Assembly (NCBI GenBank): GCA_963727625.1
Contig: CAVSHR010000008.1
Span: 224,001-288,000 of the forward strand
Length of the DNA stretch: 64,000 bases
From: an uncultured delta proteobacterium
GTDB taxonomy: Bacteria > Desulfobacterota > Binatia > UBA9968
Direction of reading: 5' to 3'
Positions 63,405-64,000 of this stretch are shown in pieces. Position numbers and translations under genes: made by a program. Within the stretch, counting starts at the first letter, position 1. Each line of letters opens with the position of its first letter. The notes below the pieces were generated by a model. That model was not told where the DNA came from. It saw nothing but the letters and a program-made list of their open reading frames with translations, and did no database searches.

Positions 63405-64000
63405 ATGTTGATCGACAGCCACGCCCACATCCAGGGCAAGGAGTACGCCGGCGAAGCGGCGGATGTCATCGCGCGCGCGCGCGCAGCGGGTGTCGACACG
63501 ATCATCGCCGTTGGCGGCGCCGGCGACATGTCGAGCAACACCGAGGCGGTTGCGCTCGCGGATGCCTTTCCGAATATTTACGCCACTGTCGGAATGCATC
63601 CGCACGATGCGAAAGATGTCGGCGCGGATGAACTTGTTGCCCTTTGTGAGCTGGCGTCCCGTCCCAAAGTGATTGCCGTGGGCGAGACCGGGCTCGATTA
63701 TTATTACAACCATTCACCGCACGACGTGCAACGCCGGGTGTTCACGCAGTTCATCCAGATGGCGCGCGAGACCCGTCTGCCGATTGTGGTGCACGAACGC
63801 GACGCGGCCCAAGAAACGGCGGAGTTACTCCGCAGCGAAGGCATGGGAATGTTACGCGGCGTGATTCACTGCTTCACGGGCAACTACGAAGCGGCCTGCG
63901 CGTATTTGGATCTGGGTTTCTATCTCTCTTTCACCGGCATCATCACGTTCAAGAACGCCGATTCGTTGAGAGAAGTTGTCCGGAAAGTGCCGCTGGAACG
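63405..64000 (+). CDS. TatD family hydrolase (runs off window)
   Basis: MLIDSHAH, GMHPHDA, GETGLDY, VHERDA, IHCFTG; usual tmk-holB-metG-tatD synteny. Confidence 0.92.
   Translation, partial: MLIDSHAHIQGKEYAGEAADVIARARAAGVDTIIAVGGAGDMSSNTEAVALADAFPNIYATVGMHPHDAKDVGADELVALCELASRPKVIAVGETGLDYYYNHSPHDVQRRVFTQFIQMARETRLPIVVHERDAAQETAELLRSEGMGMLRGVIHCFTGNYEAACAYLDLGFYLSFTGIITFKNADSLREVVRKVPLE

Overview
GC-rich bacterial chromosome window; gene content suggests a deltaproteobacterial/Binatota-like organism (inference). Housekeeping blocks (ftsB, eno, nth, surE, cinA; tsaC-purE-purD-purH-alr; rubrerythrin-DUF3501-Fur; dksA-galU-tRNA-Ala; tmk-holB-metG-tatD) surround three accessory zones. (1) A ~10.7 kb island at 10.5-21.2 kb in which three intact and two partial copies of a ~1 kb HUH/Y1 (RAYT-like, DnaA-C-like HTH tail) transposase element with an 18-bp terminal inverted repeat alternate, all on the minus strand, with four different 5'-truncated Rhs/toxin-CT + immunity modules. 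Each module begins at an element end, and three end 7-13 nt after the immunity stop codon at a shared GCGTYAGG motif. This looks like a transposase-built toxin/immunity cassette array and is the main finding. (2) A Wzm/Wzt surface-glycan cluster with sulfotransferase, methyltransferase fusions and a radical SAM enzyme. (3) pilD plus two tandem fimT-pilV-pilW-pilX minor pilin sets. Several single-base frameshifts in conserved genes (cinA, pepF, wzt) suggest assembly indel errors, so frameshift-based pseudogene calls are provisional. All family calls are from motif recognition by eye; no searches were run.
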